Part shown: positions 26,379 to 40,679 of the stretch, in pieces
Numbering within the stretch: the first letter of the stretch is position 1
Layout: each line of letters begins with the position of its first letter
NCBI GenBank assembly: GCA_036785375.1
Contig: JAWMAR010000391.1
Span: 1,674,001-1,738,000 of the forward strand
Direction of reading: 5' to 3'
Length of the DNA stretch: 64,000 nt
Source: Leucoraja ocellata
Taxonomy: Eukaryota
Translations under genes and position numbers: made by a program
Notes under the pieces: generated by a model
Databases searched by the model: none
What the model was told of the DNA's origin: nothing
Seen by the model: only the letters and a program-made list of their open reading frames with translations

Positions 26379-29204
26379 ACTCAATGTATCCCTTTCTTTC
26401 AACACATGTTGCAGCTACAGAAAACAAAACTGCGAATTAAACTGTTTTGTTACAACTCATGAAACAAAATCTATTAAAAAGTGCAGTAATTTTTTTTATC
26501 GCATATTGCACTTCTCTGAAGTCAATCAACAAACATCCAAGTAAGTGCAGTCACTAGAGCACACTGTGACATCTTAAGATTATAGGGACAGATCTCTGCC
26601 TCTCTGGTTCAATCATGTCATCTGTAACAAATGTCACATATGGTAATATTTTTGTATTCGATGTTCTGTTTATTTAACTTTGAGTACTGAGACTGCCTAC
26701 AGGTAATATGCATTTGACAGGAATGAGAACAATATTTACCGTATAAATCTGGTAAACAGGGTACATATTGTACCTTGGCCGCTGGTATTATTGTACAAGT
26801 AAAATATTCAGCTTCACTCCACTTGATGGATAGGTCTTAATGTGGATACTTAAAAATGTTGTATATAAATAACTGAAAGGATGAGTACTCATTGTAACGC
26901 CATCAGCATCAAATACCACAACAGGAACCACGCATCAAAGTCCCTTTCTGGAGAAAAGTTTGCACCACACATTTGGAAATCTGTTAACGTTAACGTAAAT
27001 TATTTTCTGGTACCATTTCATTTCAATAGAAAATGTTATGTGATAACAGAACTGCTAGAAATATGTTTGCTCTTTTCTTGCTCTGACTATTATTCTGTTG
27101 TTGGCTCAAGGTGTACTTTCATGCATGCTGAATGTTCAGTTTCATCCCCTGGCAGCCAGAGCCTTCCACGCAAACAGAAGGTCAGCTTCCCCTGACACCT
27201 GCGTTCTAAGGAAGATAACCAAGTCCCAGCAATTGCAGCAACTACTCAGCATAGACACATAGAAACATAGAAAACAGGTGCAGGAGTAGGCCATTTGGCC
27301 GAGCACCGCCATTCAATATGATCATGACTGATCATCCAAAGTCAGTAACCCGTTCCGGCTTTTTCCCCATATCCCTTGATTCCTTCAGCAGGTCAAGCAG
27401 CATCGGTGGAGAGCAAAACAAAGTTAATGGCACAGATCAGTGATTTGGCATCAGAAAATGACTTAATGGAAGGTCATTAACCTGAAAGGATAACTCTGAT
27501 CCTATCCCCATAGATGCAGCCCAACCTGCTGAGTGTTTCCAGCTTGCCCTGGATTTATTTCAGGTTTGCAACATCTGCAGTGTTTAGCTTTTGTGATTCT
27601 TCCATTGGCCCTTTTCACCTTCCAACTTTGCAACAGGAACAATTTGTGAGAAGTTGGGATAATAGTTCACTTTCTAGCCAAGTGATGTCAGGCCAGTTAT
27701 GCTATTACTAAACATAAGCATAGCTATTTCAGCACAGTGCAGAATCTGCTACCATTCTGACCTCTATAGGTACTGGTGCTTAGTGAAAAGCAATGCTATT
27801 TCATTCAACAAAAAGATTAATTATTTATTTCTAAATTCTCTGAATAAAATTTAATGTTAAGTCTTTCTTGTTAAAGGCACATGGACCTCAAAATTTGTAA
27901 AATATTATCAAAGCAGCTAAGAGGATTGTACCAGACAGAGTGCAGAGGGGATTCGTCAAGTGTTATCTGGAGAGAACATTTAATTCATCGAGGAGAGACT
28001 AGATTGGCTAGGCCTGTTTTCCTTGAGGGAGGAACCTAACAGAGGTGTATAAAATTATGAGGATACTGGAGACATCTAAAACCAGAGGCACCTTGGTTTA
28101 AGGTGAGGAGTAAGAGCGTTAAAGGATTTTCTTTCATCCAGAGGGTGGTTTTAATTTGGAACATACTGCTTGAGAAGGTGGGGGAAGCTAGTAATCTCAT
28201 TATGTTTAAAATTGAGCTGGGAAAGCATGAGTTGCAAATGCATCAAAGGCTACAGACCAAGTGCTGATATACGGGAATTATGTGGACGGGTGCTTGACGG
28301 TCAGCATGGGCACAGTGGACTCCAGGGCCTGCTTCTATGGTGAATGACTCTAGATAGTTGAAAGGCTTCTCAACTCACCACTAGTAGTTAGTCCTTTTTC
28401 TAAGGCTGTGACAAGGTCTGGAAATGAATGCTCCTAGCAAAATGAAACCTAGATATTTCACTAGGCAGCAAAAATACTCCTGTTGATCTAAAAATAAATG
28501 GCATTAATTTAGACCTACAAGGTTGAGGAACATCTGAATTATGAGCAAAGAGCTTGGCTAAAAATTAAAACAAAACAATGGAAACTATAGAAAATGAGCA
28601 AACAATAACTTCTCCTAATAAAATAACTAAGAAACCAAATAAAAGAGAAACCACTGAATTACTCAAAATAGCAAGAGCATTTTCATCTCCCATTTTTTTC
28701 ATTAACTGAATGTCATGTTTATATGAAGACATTAAATTTAAAACATTAATAAGTATAATTCACAATAGTATCTTTGGATTAATTGTATTTTGTATCTCTC
28801 AGCACCATTACAAACCCGCAACCTATCTCAGAGCATATTAAAATTCAATTACATAACATTGATAGCATATTTCTTCATAAGACAGCTAGACACTGAACAT
28901 GCAGAAGATTTGTATAATGATAATTGTGAAATTCATGGATGGAATAGTAAAAATGTTGAAGGTTAATTTTGTATTTCATTGCACCTTTGTCCAAAGCAGA
29001 ATTAGATCTTACTGTTTAGAGCAATAACAATAGTTGCTTAATGTATGGATAATTAAAAGGATCTTTTTAGCTGGGTTCATTAGCCTGAAGCTGCGAGTAG
29101 TTGAAGTTCACTATTGATGCCAGACTACTTGAATTAGTAATTCTGCCTGTGCTATCATTCATCCGGTTCTCCCAAGTTGTCAGTTCTAGTGCCCTTGTTA
29201 CCTG

Positions 29205-29392
29205 CGGTACACAAAAATGCTGGAGAAACTCAGCGGGTGCAGCAGCATCTATGGAGCGAAGGAAATAGGCAACGTTTCGGCCTGAAACGTTGCCTATTTC
29301 CTTCGCTCCATAGATGCTGCTGCACCCGCTGAGTTTCTCCAGCATTTTCTGTGTACCTTCGATTTTTCAGCATCTGCAGTTCCTTCTTAAAC
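29205..29392. mobile_element. Penelope-derived fold-back insertion, ~73-bp near-perfect hairpin, 13-bp TSD
   Basis: Arms 29206-29278 and 29284-29357; cccttgttacctg at 29192-29204 and 29393-29405. Confidence 0.85.
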
Positions 29393-30504
29393 CCCTTGTT
29401 ACCTGAATTGTTTACACAGAAAGATTCAAAGTATGACAGAGATTGACTATCCAAACCAATTCAATTTACCTGAATGTTTAACGCAGGACCAGATCAGTGA
29501 GGCTCCCTACAGATTGGGGTTACACTCTAATGCAATATTGTCACAGTTCTCTTATCAATGTTAACTACTGAAAAAAAAACTTGCGTTCAAGCATTCATTA
29601 ATAAAAATAATTACTGTTTGAATTAAATCATTACGTCCCTCGTGGGTTAAACAATTGCTATAGGAACTCTGGGTTAGGCGGCATTTGTAGAAGAAAATGG
29701 ACAATCAAGGATCTTCATCAAAATATCAATTATGCCTCCACTCATGAGTAGTTTCAATCTTTCAGGATTTATCTATTCATCTGCACAAGCACAGTTAGTA
29801 CTGAACTGATGCTGTGTTGAACATATTGAAAATGTATTTAAATATAAATTTTGATGCAAAATTCCTATTCCTTGTTCTGGCTTTGTATTCCTCATTTAAT
29901 TCTCCAACACTAGTCTAAGCCAGGTAGTTTTATTTTTACTTATTCTGGGCTGAATCCAACCACTTGCTGACATCACCTGTTTCACCAGTGTCACACCAGC
30001 TGGTAAGCAAATGGTCCAAATCAGGCCAGGACATTGATTTTATCAGTGCAATAATCATCCAAACAATGCAGTGACTGTATGCAATAGTATGGGAAGAAGC
30101 AGGGAAGTGGAAAGTTCAAAGTATAAACCAAGATAAATGATTTCAAATTTGAGGAAGAGAAGAACATATTATAGGATGAAATGTTGAATAAATCAAAGTG
30201 ATGCTGAGAGCCTATCTACAAGGTACATGGGTTTTTATCAAATAAAAAGATGAAAAACTGTTAATAATATTCACATAAGCAGTACATTTGAAAAATGACC
30301 TGGATTGTTAATGATTGAAGCATAGATCTGGGGTCAGATATATTTTTCTTTTGTGTTCAGATATAAATTATTACCTATGTTGCTGGAATGGAGGAAATTC
30401 AAGCAGATTGGATGTATCCAGGTCTAATTTTCTAACCATTTAAATTAATGGTTATACCAATGACAAGTAAACTCACATATCAGAAAAAAAAAACTAGAGT
30501 CTCA

Positions 30505-31440
30505 GCCATTGGATAAACTTGGATTGTTTCCTCTGGAACATTGGAAATTGAGGAGAGACCTGATAGAAATTTTAAAAATTATGAGAGGCAGAGATAGGGT
30601 AAATAGTTAGAACCTATTTCTCAGGGTGGAAATGGCTGGGTGGCATAGCTTTTAGGTGAGAGAGTGAAGGGGCTGTCCCACCGCGGCAACCTAATTGGCA
30701 AGTTTAGGAGAGTTTGCAAAAGTGTCATGTTGCAGACCTCCTTTGACTATGTTGAAGACTAGCTTCAACTAGCTTCGGGAAAATTGGACACCAAATAGTG
30801 GAGAGTGATGACGACCTCCTTTGATCTCCTTCGACTATGTTGAAGACTATCTATGACTATCTTCGACTACCTTTGATTACCTTTGACTACCCTCGATTAC
30901 CTACAAATAACATGCCGACCTATTACGACCTACCTCGACTAAACCTACGAGTAAAAAAAAATCGACTTTTTCTACTCGCGGGCATTTCTCAGCATGTTGA
31001 AAAATACGCCGCGACCTGCCTGAGGCCTCGAGTACACCTTCATGCTCGAGTACTACTCTCGAGCATGAAGAAGAGTTACAAAGACCTCCTAGGACCTTGT
31101 GTCGACCATGCTGCGAGTATGTGTCGAGGGCAAACTCTTCTGAACTCACAGATTAGGTCGCCGCAGTGGGACAGCCCCTTGAAGGTTTAAAGATGTGTGA
31201 GGAAAGGCATTTTTTTTACACAGAGAGTGGTTGATGCCTGGGAAGGGTTTCCCGAGGTAATGTTGGAAGCAGATACGATAGTGGTGTTAAAGAGGCTTTT
31301 AGACAGGCACATGAGTATGCAGGGAATGGAAGGACATGGATCATATGCAGGTGGTGGAAATTAGTTTAATTTATTATCATGTTTAGCACAGACATAGTGG
31401 GCCAAAGGGCCTGTTCTTGTAGTGTATTGTTCTATGTTCT
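30505..31440 (+). mobile_element. CR1-type LINE 3' fragment interrupted by a MITE
   Basis: ttggataaacttggattgtttcctctgg..gagaggagacctgatagaa before the MITE; ttttttacacagagagtggttgatgcctgg after it; tail tgttctatgttct. Confidence 0.75.
30668..31179. mobile_element. MITE AGGGGCTGTCCCAC...GTGGGACAGCCCCT with TGA TSD (Harbinger-like)
   Basis: tga at 30665-30667 and 31180-31182; TIRs of ~30 bp; internal (cgactac)-like short repeats. Confidence 0.82.
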
Positions 31441-32794
31441 GTGAGATCTGAGGGGTAAGGTTTTCAAACAGGTGATGGTTGCCTGGAGGTGGTAGAAGCA
31501 AAAAAATTACAATTAAAAAAAAAAAAAAAATGCTCTGATTGATACTTGAATGGGAAATATATAAAGGGATACAGGCCTAATGCTGACAAATGCTTCACGC
31601 CCATCAATGGCACACATGACTGATAGCACCATATGGACAACCTTCATCCACCACTTGGTCACCCTTCCCATTGGATAAAGTTGACCAGGAAAGCCATTGC
31701 ATCATTCAGCCCTTAATCTGAAACGGGACATCAGCTGTTTTAACCTTCCATTACCCCAACAATGCTTTCTGCCACCTCTGCAATGCAACCACCCGCTTGC
31801 AGGCTTCTGTCTAATGAAATACCCAGATAAATGGCTTCTGCTGTCAGTCAGATTACCTGCAGGCAGGAAACTCTCCAAAGGCAGCCACAATATGAAATGG
31901 GGTTTTCAACCCCGCACCACACCCACAGGTGACATTTCTGACCTGAAAGTCTATTATCACAACTCTGAGACTGAGAAGCTTTGAATAAAAGAAAACTCAA
32001 ACCAATATTGTAAATTTGAAATTAACATAAGTTGGCATCAACAAATTCATTTATATATTTGAAAATGATATACAAAATATATCTACACTATAAAAATGTC
32101 CTGTCCAGCTGGCCTAAAGCCTACAAGGAACAAATGCATTCCATCACTTAAGGTTTATAATTAATCTCTGAATTATCTATTTCTAGAGAATAGTTCTAGG
32201 TCTAAGTTCACTCTGCCAAAAGATTGTTGGACTCAAATATGAATGCCTGGAAATTCCAGTGCACCCTAATGCATAAAAAAAGTACCCATTATTTGAAAAT
32301 GTGCCATCATCACTCTGCACTTGGAGCTGGGCTCAGAAAGTTGTCCACAGAAAATCCCTGCAGCTAACCTTTAGTGGTAGCTAGGGAGGACTCAAGGCAG
32401 CACTCACCTGAGGTTAGGAGCAGGGAAGATCAGGATGGAACTTTGTGTGGAGAAGAAAGATCCATTCATTTAAATGTCAGATTGTCAGGGAACCAATGTA
32501 TATTAGGTAAGTGGGTTGAAGCAGATCGAGTCATAGAGAGATGTAGTACAGAAACAGGCCCTTCAGCCCTCGAGTCCACACTGACTGTCAAGTGCCTATT
32601 TACCTTAATCCCACTATTTTTCTCCCTGCAATCTTTTCAACATCCCAAGATTCTACCATTCAACTCTACACTGGAGGCAATTTTCAGTGGCAAATTCACG
32701 TACCAACCTGCATGTCTTTGGGCTGTGAGAGGGACCAGAGCATTTGGAGGAATCCCACATGGTCCCAAGACCTCACAAATCCCAATGATAAGAG

Positions 32795-33520
32795 CTCAGG
32801 CCAATGCCCTTAATGTTTAGCCTAGGAAAACAAGTGTGCCAAATGCCTTCTTCACTACCCCCATCCACCTGTCTCCATTTTCATTTCCAGCCAGCTATCA
32901 ATGTGCACGCCAAGATCTCATTGTACATCAATGCTCTTCGGGTTCCTGCCATTTAGTCTATACATCCTAACAGAATTTAACTTCCCAAAGTAGATTACCT
33001 CAGATTTGTCAGGATTAAATTTCATCTATCACCACTCTTCCCCATATTCAGCTATCCTACAGTATCTTTAGACAAAGCTATTCATCCCTCCAACAAATTT
33101 CCTGTCTTCAGCAAACTTGTGAAACAGACCACCTACAGTCTCTTCACGGGCATTTATATATATTACAAACAACAAAGGTCCCAGCACTGATCACGACCTG
33201 CTATAGACTTCCAGTCAGAAAAACACTCCACTACCCTCTGCCTCCTATCACCAAGCCATTTTTGGATCCCCTGTGTCTTAATCTGTAGGACCAGCCAACC
33301 ATGCGGGATCTTGTCAAAAGCTTTACTGAAGTCCATGTGAACCATGTCGATCTTTCTGGATCTTCTCGAAAAACAACCAGTTTTGTGAGGCGTAATCTCC
33401 CCCATGCAAAAAAACCTCACTGACTTCTCATCAGTCCATCTTTCCAAGTGAACATGAATCCTGCCCCTCAGAATCTTCTCCTACAGATTTTCTCCTACTG
33501 ATTTAAGGCTTGCCAGCCCA
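32795..33520 (-). mobile_element. Degraded CR1-type LINE RT fragment
   Basis: DMVHMDFSKAFDKIPHGWLV..WLGDRRQRVV. A similar plus-strand relic lies at 9925-10125 (MDYSKAFDKILHSRLVQK). Confidence 0.75.
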
Positions 33521-33881
33521 TAGAATTGTGGATCATATGTCCAGGTTTTTTAATTAAATTAATCTCTGCAAGGATGCTTCATTCTGGGATAACTAAAATA
33601 TGAAAACAACTTGCATCAATATAGAACTAAATTACATGAAACCTTTTCATGATGCCGACTCCCACTTCCAGAACACCTCCAATATAATTCTGTTTACAGA
33701 TTTAGCTTTCACTCTCCACCAGTGTTGTCTGATCTTACCAGTAATTTATTGTGCGTTTAATAATTGTATTGTCCAAGTAAATGATTCAAGATGTCGATAC
33801 AAATAACTTTTTGTTAACCAACAACAAAGATTCTTATGTGAGATCAATGTTACAAACACATTGAGTGTAGTTTCTACTCAC

Positions 33882-33946
33882 CCTCCTGGAGTCTTCAGAT
33901 TGTAAAGGTTAGATGCATCAAAAACATCTTTGCTTGTGAGATGAGC
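33882..33946 (-). CDS. UNC13C: UNC13C 65-nt exon, AHLTSKDVFDASNLYNLKTPG(G)
   Basis: Acceptor gttctttattaaag; donor GG|GTGAGT. Phase 0 to phase 2 fits the neighbouring exons, and the peptide resembles mammalian ARIVSGNDLDASKFSALQVCGG. Confidence 0.85.
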
Positions 33947-34277
33947 CTTTAATAAAGAACAAATAAGTAACTATAAGCATGATTATGTTCTAAACAATGA
34001 ATATTACAGCAATTTTAGGACATATCCTTTCCTGTTGCTTTAACATGAAACACATAATGAAGTATATGTTTGTGAAAACTTAATTTCAGCAATAAATGCC
34101 CTGTTTACAAATGCATCGTATATTGAACATATGGAGACAAGAGAAATTGAATTTGTAAAGGTGGGTTCCATGCGACACAGTAGGATGTGAAATGAATATC
34201 TTTACTACAGAACCACATAAAAATGCAACAAAATTCAAATGATATTTCATGGAAGATGAAACACATCAAGTTAGAAC

Positions 34278-34300
34278 CTGTTGATCCACAGAATTGTTAT
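34278..34300 (-). CDS. UNC13C: UNC13C 23-nt exon, (G)AT-AAC-AAT-TCT-GTG-GAT-CAA-CAG = DNNSVDQQ
   Basis: Acceptor cctcttttccttggttctttttcag; weak donor CAG|GTTCTA. It converts phase 1 to phase 0 as required and resembles the recalled mammalian DSSSVDEK. Confidence 0.85.
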
Positions 34301-35619
34301 CTGAAAAAGAACCAAGGAAAAGAGGACATAATATATTAGACATAAGATATTTTAAATTAATATAATTTGCTTGTCCATTCATATAAAATAAATGGAATAA
34401 ATAAATATCCCAGTTACCAGAATCATGAACCTGTTTTATTAACTTTTTGAATGGAGGCTAAATTAATCAAACTTAAACCAATGGAAAACAGCTGCAAATA
34501 TTATTAAAATGGTGAAAAAAATATACGTCTATTATATCTTTCATAAATAGCTGCTATTGGCATGAAATGACTATCATAATTATAATTTTTTTATATTTAA
34601 AAGAAAACATGTTGCAATATACCATTTAAACCAGGTTTTCGTACAAATCTAGAAGTTGGTTACTTTCTGTCACATTATTAATGACAAAGCCGTGCGATAT
34701 TTGTCACCATGACATACAACTCTGGGTCGAATCTGTATCTCGGTACACTCATCTCGGTTTGAGAGCGTGTATTCATTGAAATCATTCAGAAATGATCTTT
34801 ACACAAGGGAGGGAAAGGCTCCAGAAACTACATGTTGGATGTGTGCATTAATAAGATCTGGAGACTCTGCTGTGCATTACCATCAGTACGCACTAAGGCC
34901 ATCAGCAATCAAATGTACACCGCTTAGAATGTGGCCTGAACTACAGTGCCCTGCCAATAAACATCTTATATATGATATATGTTATATATTATAATATGAG
35001 GGTAGTTCAGTCTACATTCAAGACTACACAACATCCAAAGAATGACTGTCCTGGCACCATTTATTATCCATCCATGTTCTCCAGGGATGCTGCCTGATCT
35101 GCTGAGTTACTCCAGTCAATGTCAATTCTAATGTCAATTAGAAATACTAATTGTACAATGCCAGATGTTGATATATATAACTTATTTATTCAATGTGCTT
35201 ATTAGAGTCTTTAGAAAACAGAAAATTAACAGACAATACACATGTTGAAACTTAAACAGTGACAAGATGAGATCATTATATACTGTACCCCTATATTACA
35301 ATTGGAATTTAGCAGCTTACAGCACAACCGCCTCTTGGATTTTCCTTTGTGACACAAAGGTAAAAATATTCAGAAATTGAATATTTTCACTGATCATGCA
35401 CTGAAATGTGCCATGGTGATTAAACTGAACTTTTTATAAGATAAACCAAGAAATGTTGCAAGTGCAATCCTACTCACGAACAGATGCCACATCTGATGTA
35501 ATAAAGCAGATCCTTTTGCTAAAAATGAATTTGTTCCATTTCACTATTTTTGACTCCAGATTCAAAAATAGTGAAATGGAACAAATTCATGCTTGGGATT
35601 ATAAAAGTTCTCAGGAACA

Positions 35620-36212
35620 GAATCCTATCGTTCCTGGGGAGGCCCCCTCGACTCCATTCAAGGACCCAAGCAGTCGTTCCAGGTGCGACAGAGGTTCACC
35701 TGCATCTCCTCCAACCTCATCTATTGCATCCGCTGCTCTAGATGTCAGCTGATCTACATCGGTGAGACCAAGCGTAGGCTTGGCGATCGTTTCGCCGAAC
35801 ACCTCCGCTCGGTCCGCATTAACCAACCTGACCTCCCGGTGGCTCAGCTCTTCAACTCCCTCTCCCATTCCGTATCCTACCTCTCTACCGTGGGCCTCCT
35901 CCATGGCCAGAGTGGGGACCACCAGAAATTGGAGGAACAGCACCTCATAGGGCACCTTGGGCAGTCTGCACCCTAGTGGTATAAACATTGAATTCTCCCA
36001 ATTCTGTTAGCTCTTGCTGTCTTCTCCCTTTCTTAGCTCTCCCTCAGCCCTCGGGCTCCTCCTCCTCCTTTTTCCTTTCTTCTCCCCCCCCCCCCCCCCA
36101 CCCCCCCACCCTCCATAAGTCTGAAGAAGGGTTTTGGCCCAACATGTTGCCTATTCCTTCGCTCCATAAATGCTGCTGCACCCGCTGAGTTTCTCCAGCA
36201 CTTTTGTCTACC
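35620..36212 (+). mobile_element. Penelope-like retroelement 3' fragment encoding a GIY-YIG endonuclease
   Basis: FTCISSNLIYCIRCSRCQLIYIGETKRRLGDRFAEHLRSV..PVAQLFNS, followed by a pyrimidine tract and the terminal repeat gtctgaagaagggttttggccc...gctgagtttctccagcacttttgtctacc. Confidence 0.9.
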
Positions 36213-39200
36213 TATGATGAATATAAATCCATGATAATTTTCCAATTTGGCATGAGAGGTGATCTCTCACAAATATACAAAATTGTTAGAGCTTAACATG
36301 GTTGATATGGAGTTGATGTGCCCCCTGGGTGCAGTGTCTCGAACCAGAAACCACTGTTTTTGAATAAAGAATTGGCTATTTATGACTGAGATGAGAAGAC
36401 ATTTCTTCACCCACGAGGTTCTTGAATCTTTGTAAGTCACTTCCCAATGGGGCTGTGGAAGCCCAGTTGTTGTGTATACTCAAGACAGAGTAAATTTAAT
36501 ATTTCGAGGGATATTGGATTAGTGCAGTAAAATAAACTTGTGGTAATAGATCAACCATAAATGGCAAGGCCGGAATCAAATAGCCTAATCTCGCATCCAT
36601 TTAAAATGGTTTTATTTGTCATTTTATATTCTATAATATATTGTGGTAGCAAAAACCAATTAGAAATGAAGTAGATCAAGCAAGGTATTCATAAATAATC
36701 TTCTGAACAACATAATCCTTAAGATGTGCATAGATATTTATGGTTAGGTTTAGAGTCTAATTATGAACCCGGCCAATTGTTACCTCATGCAATCAAAGTG
36801 TAAATTTGTGCATATGTGCAATCATTTCATTGAGTACTTCATATCTCTTTATACATTTCTATGTGGCAGATGATATTCCAATGCAACAGTTTTGATGTTA
36901 ATATTTATGACAACTATACAAAGAAAAAATATTCAAATCCGTTGTATGTTGCCCAATATTCAATTTTTGTTAAATTGTTCGATCTTTATATTCACAATGT
37001 CTGCAAAACCTCTCAGGACTTGTGACAAATCACATTAAGACACAATTAATCTTCAATAATTCAACATAACATTACATGTAATGAAAATAAATAAACCAAA
37101 TTACTTGTTACTTCACAACCATTGAAATATTACTCTTCTGTAAACGATTTATGATGTTTTTATATAATTAGCATACTGCGTGCATTCTGAGATATTCACA
37201 GGATTTTCATTTATTTATGTGTCAACATTATATATAATGACATAAAAAACAGTTTTACAATCAGAAGGTTATTATTTCAGTTTCCCTCTCTAAAGTTGCA
37301 AGGATGTACTGTGTCTCGACCCGAAAAGTCGCCTATTTCCTTCGCTCCATAGAAGCTGCCTCACCCACTGAGTTTCACCAGCATTTTTGTCTACCTGCAT
37401 CTCTAAAGGCAGCCAGTTCAACCACGGCATCACCCTTATTACAGAAAAATAAAATTTGCAGGAGATAAAGTGAAGCTAATTGTGATGGGCAAGGAGTAAA
37501 TCCAGACAATATTAGTATGTAATGGGCTCTTGATTTACAGCAGTGGATGGAAGGATGTTGTAGAAGGAGGAGGAATGGGCAGGGTCAGGGATGAGAGGTT
37601 AGAGTCCAATTAACGTTGTCTTTTCTAGGAAACTGGACTTTGAATATCCTGTTTATTACACAAGGAAGCATGCATTTTTACTTCCAAACAAACTTTAGAT
37701 TTTACAATGATTTTAATGTAACCTTTGTTTTACATAAGTGGTACAATGACACCCACATTGCAGAGCAATTATCCTCACAATGGCAAACGCTGTTCATATT
37801 TACATAGTGCACTCAACAAGTTAATACTTATAACCTTTGTATTCATTGAGAGGACATCAATACTGTTATCTCCCTGACAGCAAATAAAAAGTGCCTTTTT
37901 AATCTCTCTTCTGTTTTCCCTATTTATTACTCAAATATTCAGGAAAAGCAGTTCCAAATGAATGAGATTCCTCTATGAACTAATGACTTCACGACAAAAC
38001 ATTCCAGTCCTATATCTGCACATATGGTCCTGCCACTCTGTTATTTAGTCCAACAATGGTGAGGAGGCTGTTTGGCCACATATTAAACACAGCTTAAAGA
38101 CACAATTCAATGTCAGAAGAACGGAATGTATCTCAGCTCATATTCAAGGTCATTCTGATCCTAAACTCCAAAAGTTTACAATTGTCCCTCAAACCACTGC
38201 TGACCCAGTTATAAATCATGTGTTCAGCAGAATCCTTAAACATTACAGAATCTTATAAAGGAACAGCTTGTCAAGTTGAACTGATTGCCAACCTGTTTCT
38301 GAATAAATTACTCTTGTTTTAGCCCATCAGCTTCCACACTCAAGTCAATGTATTTGGTGTTGAAAGAAAGGCATAAATTTGAGTGATTCTGTGAGGTCAT
38401 TATATTTTTGTTCATTCGTGAAATGTGGGCATTACTGGCAAGTCCCGTAATTATTACCCTGCTGTATTTGAGTGGTTTGCTGGGCTATATTTTGAAATAT
38501 GTCAATTTAAATTCTCCAGCAACCCATCTGATCATTAATTGGATCTCTGGTATTATCGGCCTGGTAACATAATCTGGTAAAGGATTAAGTAGCCTTATGA
38601 CAACACCTGAAACAAAGAATCAAGTACATACAGTCTAAGAAAACAGAAATCTAAAATAATGAACCTGGCAGCAATAGCTTTATGGTTACAGAACTGGAGT
38701 GTTCAGCAAAGGAAAAGCTATTTCAAATCAACTATGAGTGTTTATGACCCATTCGTCTGTCAATACAGATCATAGCTGAAATGATAATGTCTTAGTGCCA
38801 TTCTAGATGAACACCCCAGGTAATGATATAGCTCGAGTGGCAACATACATTTTCTGTCATAGTATTTATTATTTTGAGTATACAACTACTCCAAACAGTC
38901 TCCAAGCCTCAGAATGATAGTGATGTTGTAAACTTTAAATTAGGAACCTACAGGATAGAAAATAAGCTAAGAGGCTGGCTGTAAATAAGAACAGAATCAA
39001 ACTGTTGGCCAGATAATTCCATATGTAGAAACATTCAGTAATTGCTTCTTTAATTGTATCCTTCATACCAAACTAAGCTGTTCATGCAACAAGCAAGCAT
39101 GTCTAAGCTGCTGCAGAAAGATATAACAGCTGTCGAGGATAGATCGGGCAGCAGAAGGAGGCTGCACAAGTTAACAATAATAAGGGCAAGAAAATAGTGT

Positions 39201-40679
39201 TTGGCAACCAATGATCACCAAGTGAAGGAAGAAAGGTTCATGGAAAGTTAAAAGAATGGAAAACCTACTGTAATTTTGTCAACAGCCAGAAAGTATGTCA
39301 TGAAAAAGAGTTCAAAAGTCAAAGCAATATGTGAAGCATGGAAGGAGAGATGCAATACTAAGGACAATATTGTCCGTTGCAAATCGTTGGATGGCTTGAA
39401 TATTTCCACCCTTCCAATGGCAAGAAAAACAGCTCAATTCATCATCCACCCCATCTGCTGTCTGTGGCATCTTATTATGCACAAAGTGCAAGCTTGCTGC
39501 CCTCATCATCACAATGACTGCAACTCAAATATCAATATAACATTGTAAAGCATGTTACATCAAGAAGCAAGGTTTTACATCAAAAACAATAGAAATCTTG
39601 AGCTATTTCCAATGAAGGGAGTGGACTAATTATAGGTCCTTTTTTTTGGCTTACTTTATTGTAACATATGTAGAAGTCATGAAACCATGTGTCAGTAAGA
39701 ATCTTAGGAATTAAATAGCTACGGGGCACCTGGACCAGATGGCATTCTACAGATTCTGTCAGGAATGAGTGAGGAAATAGGATTGACTTGTATTTTGATG
39801 ACTTCCACAAATAGATAAATTGCGTAGAAAATCACTAGGTCTTTAATATAATCCCAGTATTCAAAAATATGGAATTTTGTCTAAAATTAAACATGCATGA
39901 CATTTTTTTGTAAATGCTAACAATATTTAGGCAATAGAGGCAACCTAGTTTTCATTGCATGTGCAGCACTGACCAGCTTCAAAGTTCTCTAAACTATTTA
40001 CAAAATTCTGGAGACACATTCACGACAGTATTGCAGACACTGTTATAGATGTTCATGGTACTTCACAGGCATTAATGGAACACGTGACACCAAAGTGTTC
40101 AGGATGGAACCAAAGGAGCTAGAAGGAAAGAGAGAGTGGACAGAGGGAAGAGGAGAGGAGTTTCAAGGCAGAATTCCAGAACTTAAGCTATAGGCAGCTG
40201 AAGACATGATGGCATATAGTGCTGTGATGAAAATCAAAGGCACACACTAATAGAGAAAGCCAGAATGCTCAGACTTCAGAGACTTGAAGGCTGGAGGAAG
40301 TGGGAGCCACGAAGATGTTCGAAAGCAAGAATGAAAAATGTAAAGCTTGTACATTTGTCATTCTCCAGGCTAATGTAGATCAGTAGCACATGGCCAAAGA
40401 AGAGAGCAAAATGGAAAGTAAATAAAGAAAGCAGTTACACGGGAACAAAAATGAATTCAACAAAGCTAAGAATGTGTTGGAAGCACAAGAAACTGCAGAT
40501 GCTGGTATCCCAAACAGAAACCAAACTGCTGGAGGAACTCAATGGTCCGACAGCATCTGTACTGCTTTCCAATTGTTTGATGCTGCCCAATCATCTTCTG
40601 TCCAACACATATTTAGAATCTGGACCATAATGGTCAAAGTTACCTGCAGGAAACCATGACGTTAAAGTGGTCCAAAAAG

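Noticed and set aside
29206-29357. Long hairpin as a miRNA or other ncRNA gene
   Set aside because: It is multi-copy, flanked by a TSD and derived from Penelope terminal repeats, so it is better explained as a mobile element.
34419-34431. 13-nt AG..GT segment (gttcatgattctg) on the minus strand
   Set aside because: Frameshifting, with a poor polypyrimidine tract and no homology.
35186-35208. Alternative candidate for the 23-nt exon (acceptor ttttctgttttctaaag, DSNKHIE*)
   Set aside because: It ends in a stop codon and is followed by ATAAGT rather than GT; 34278-34300 fits much better.
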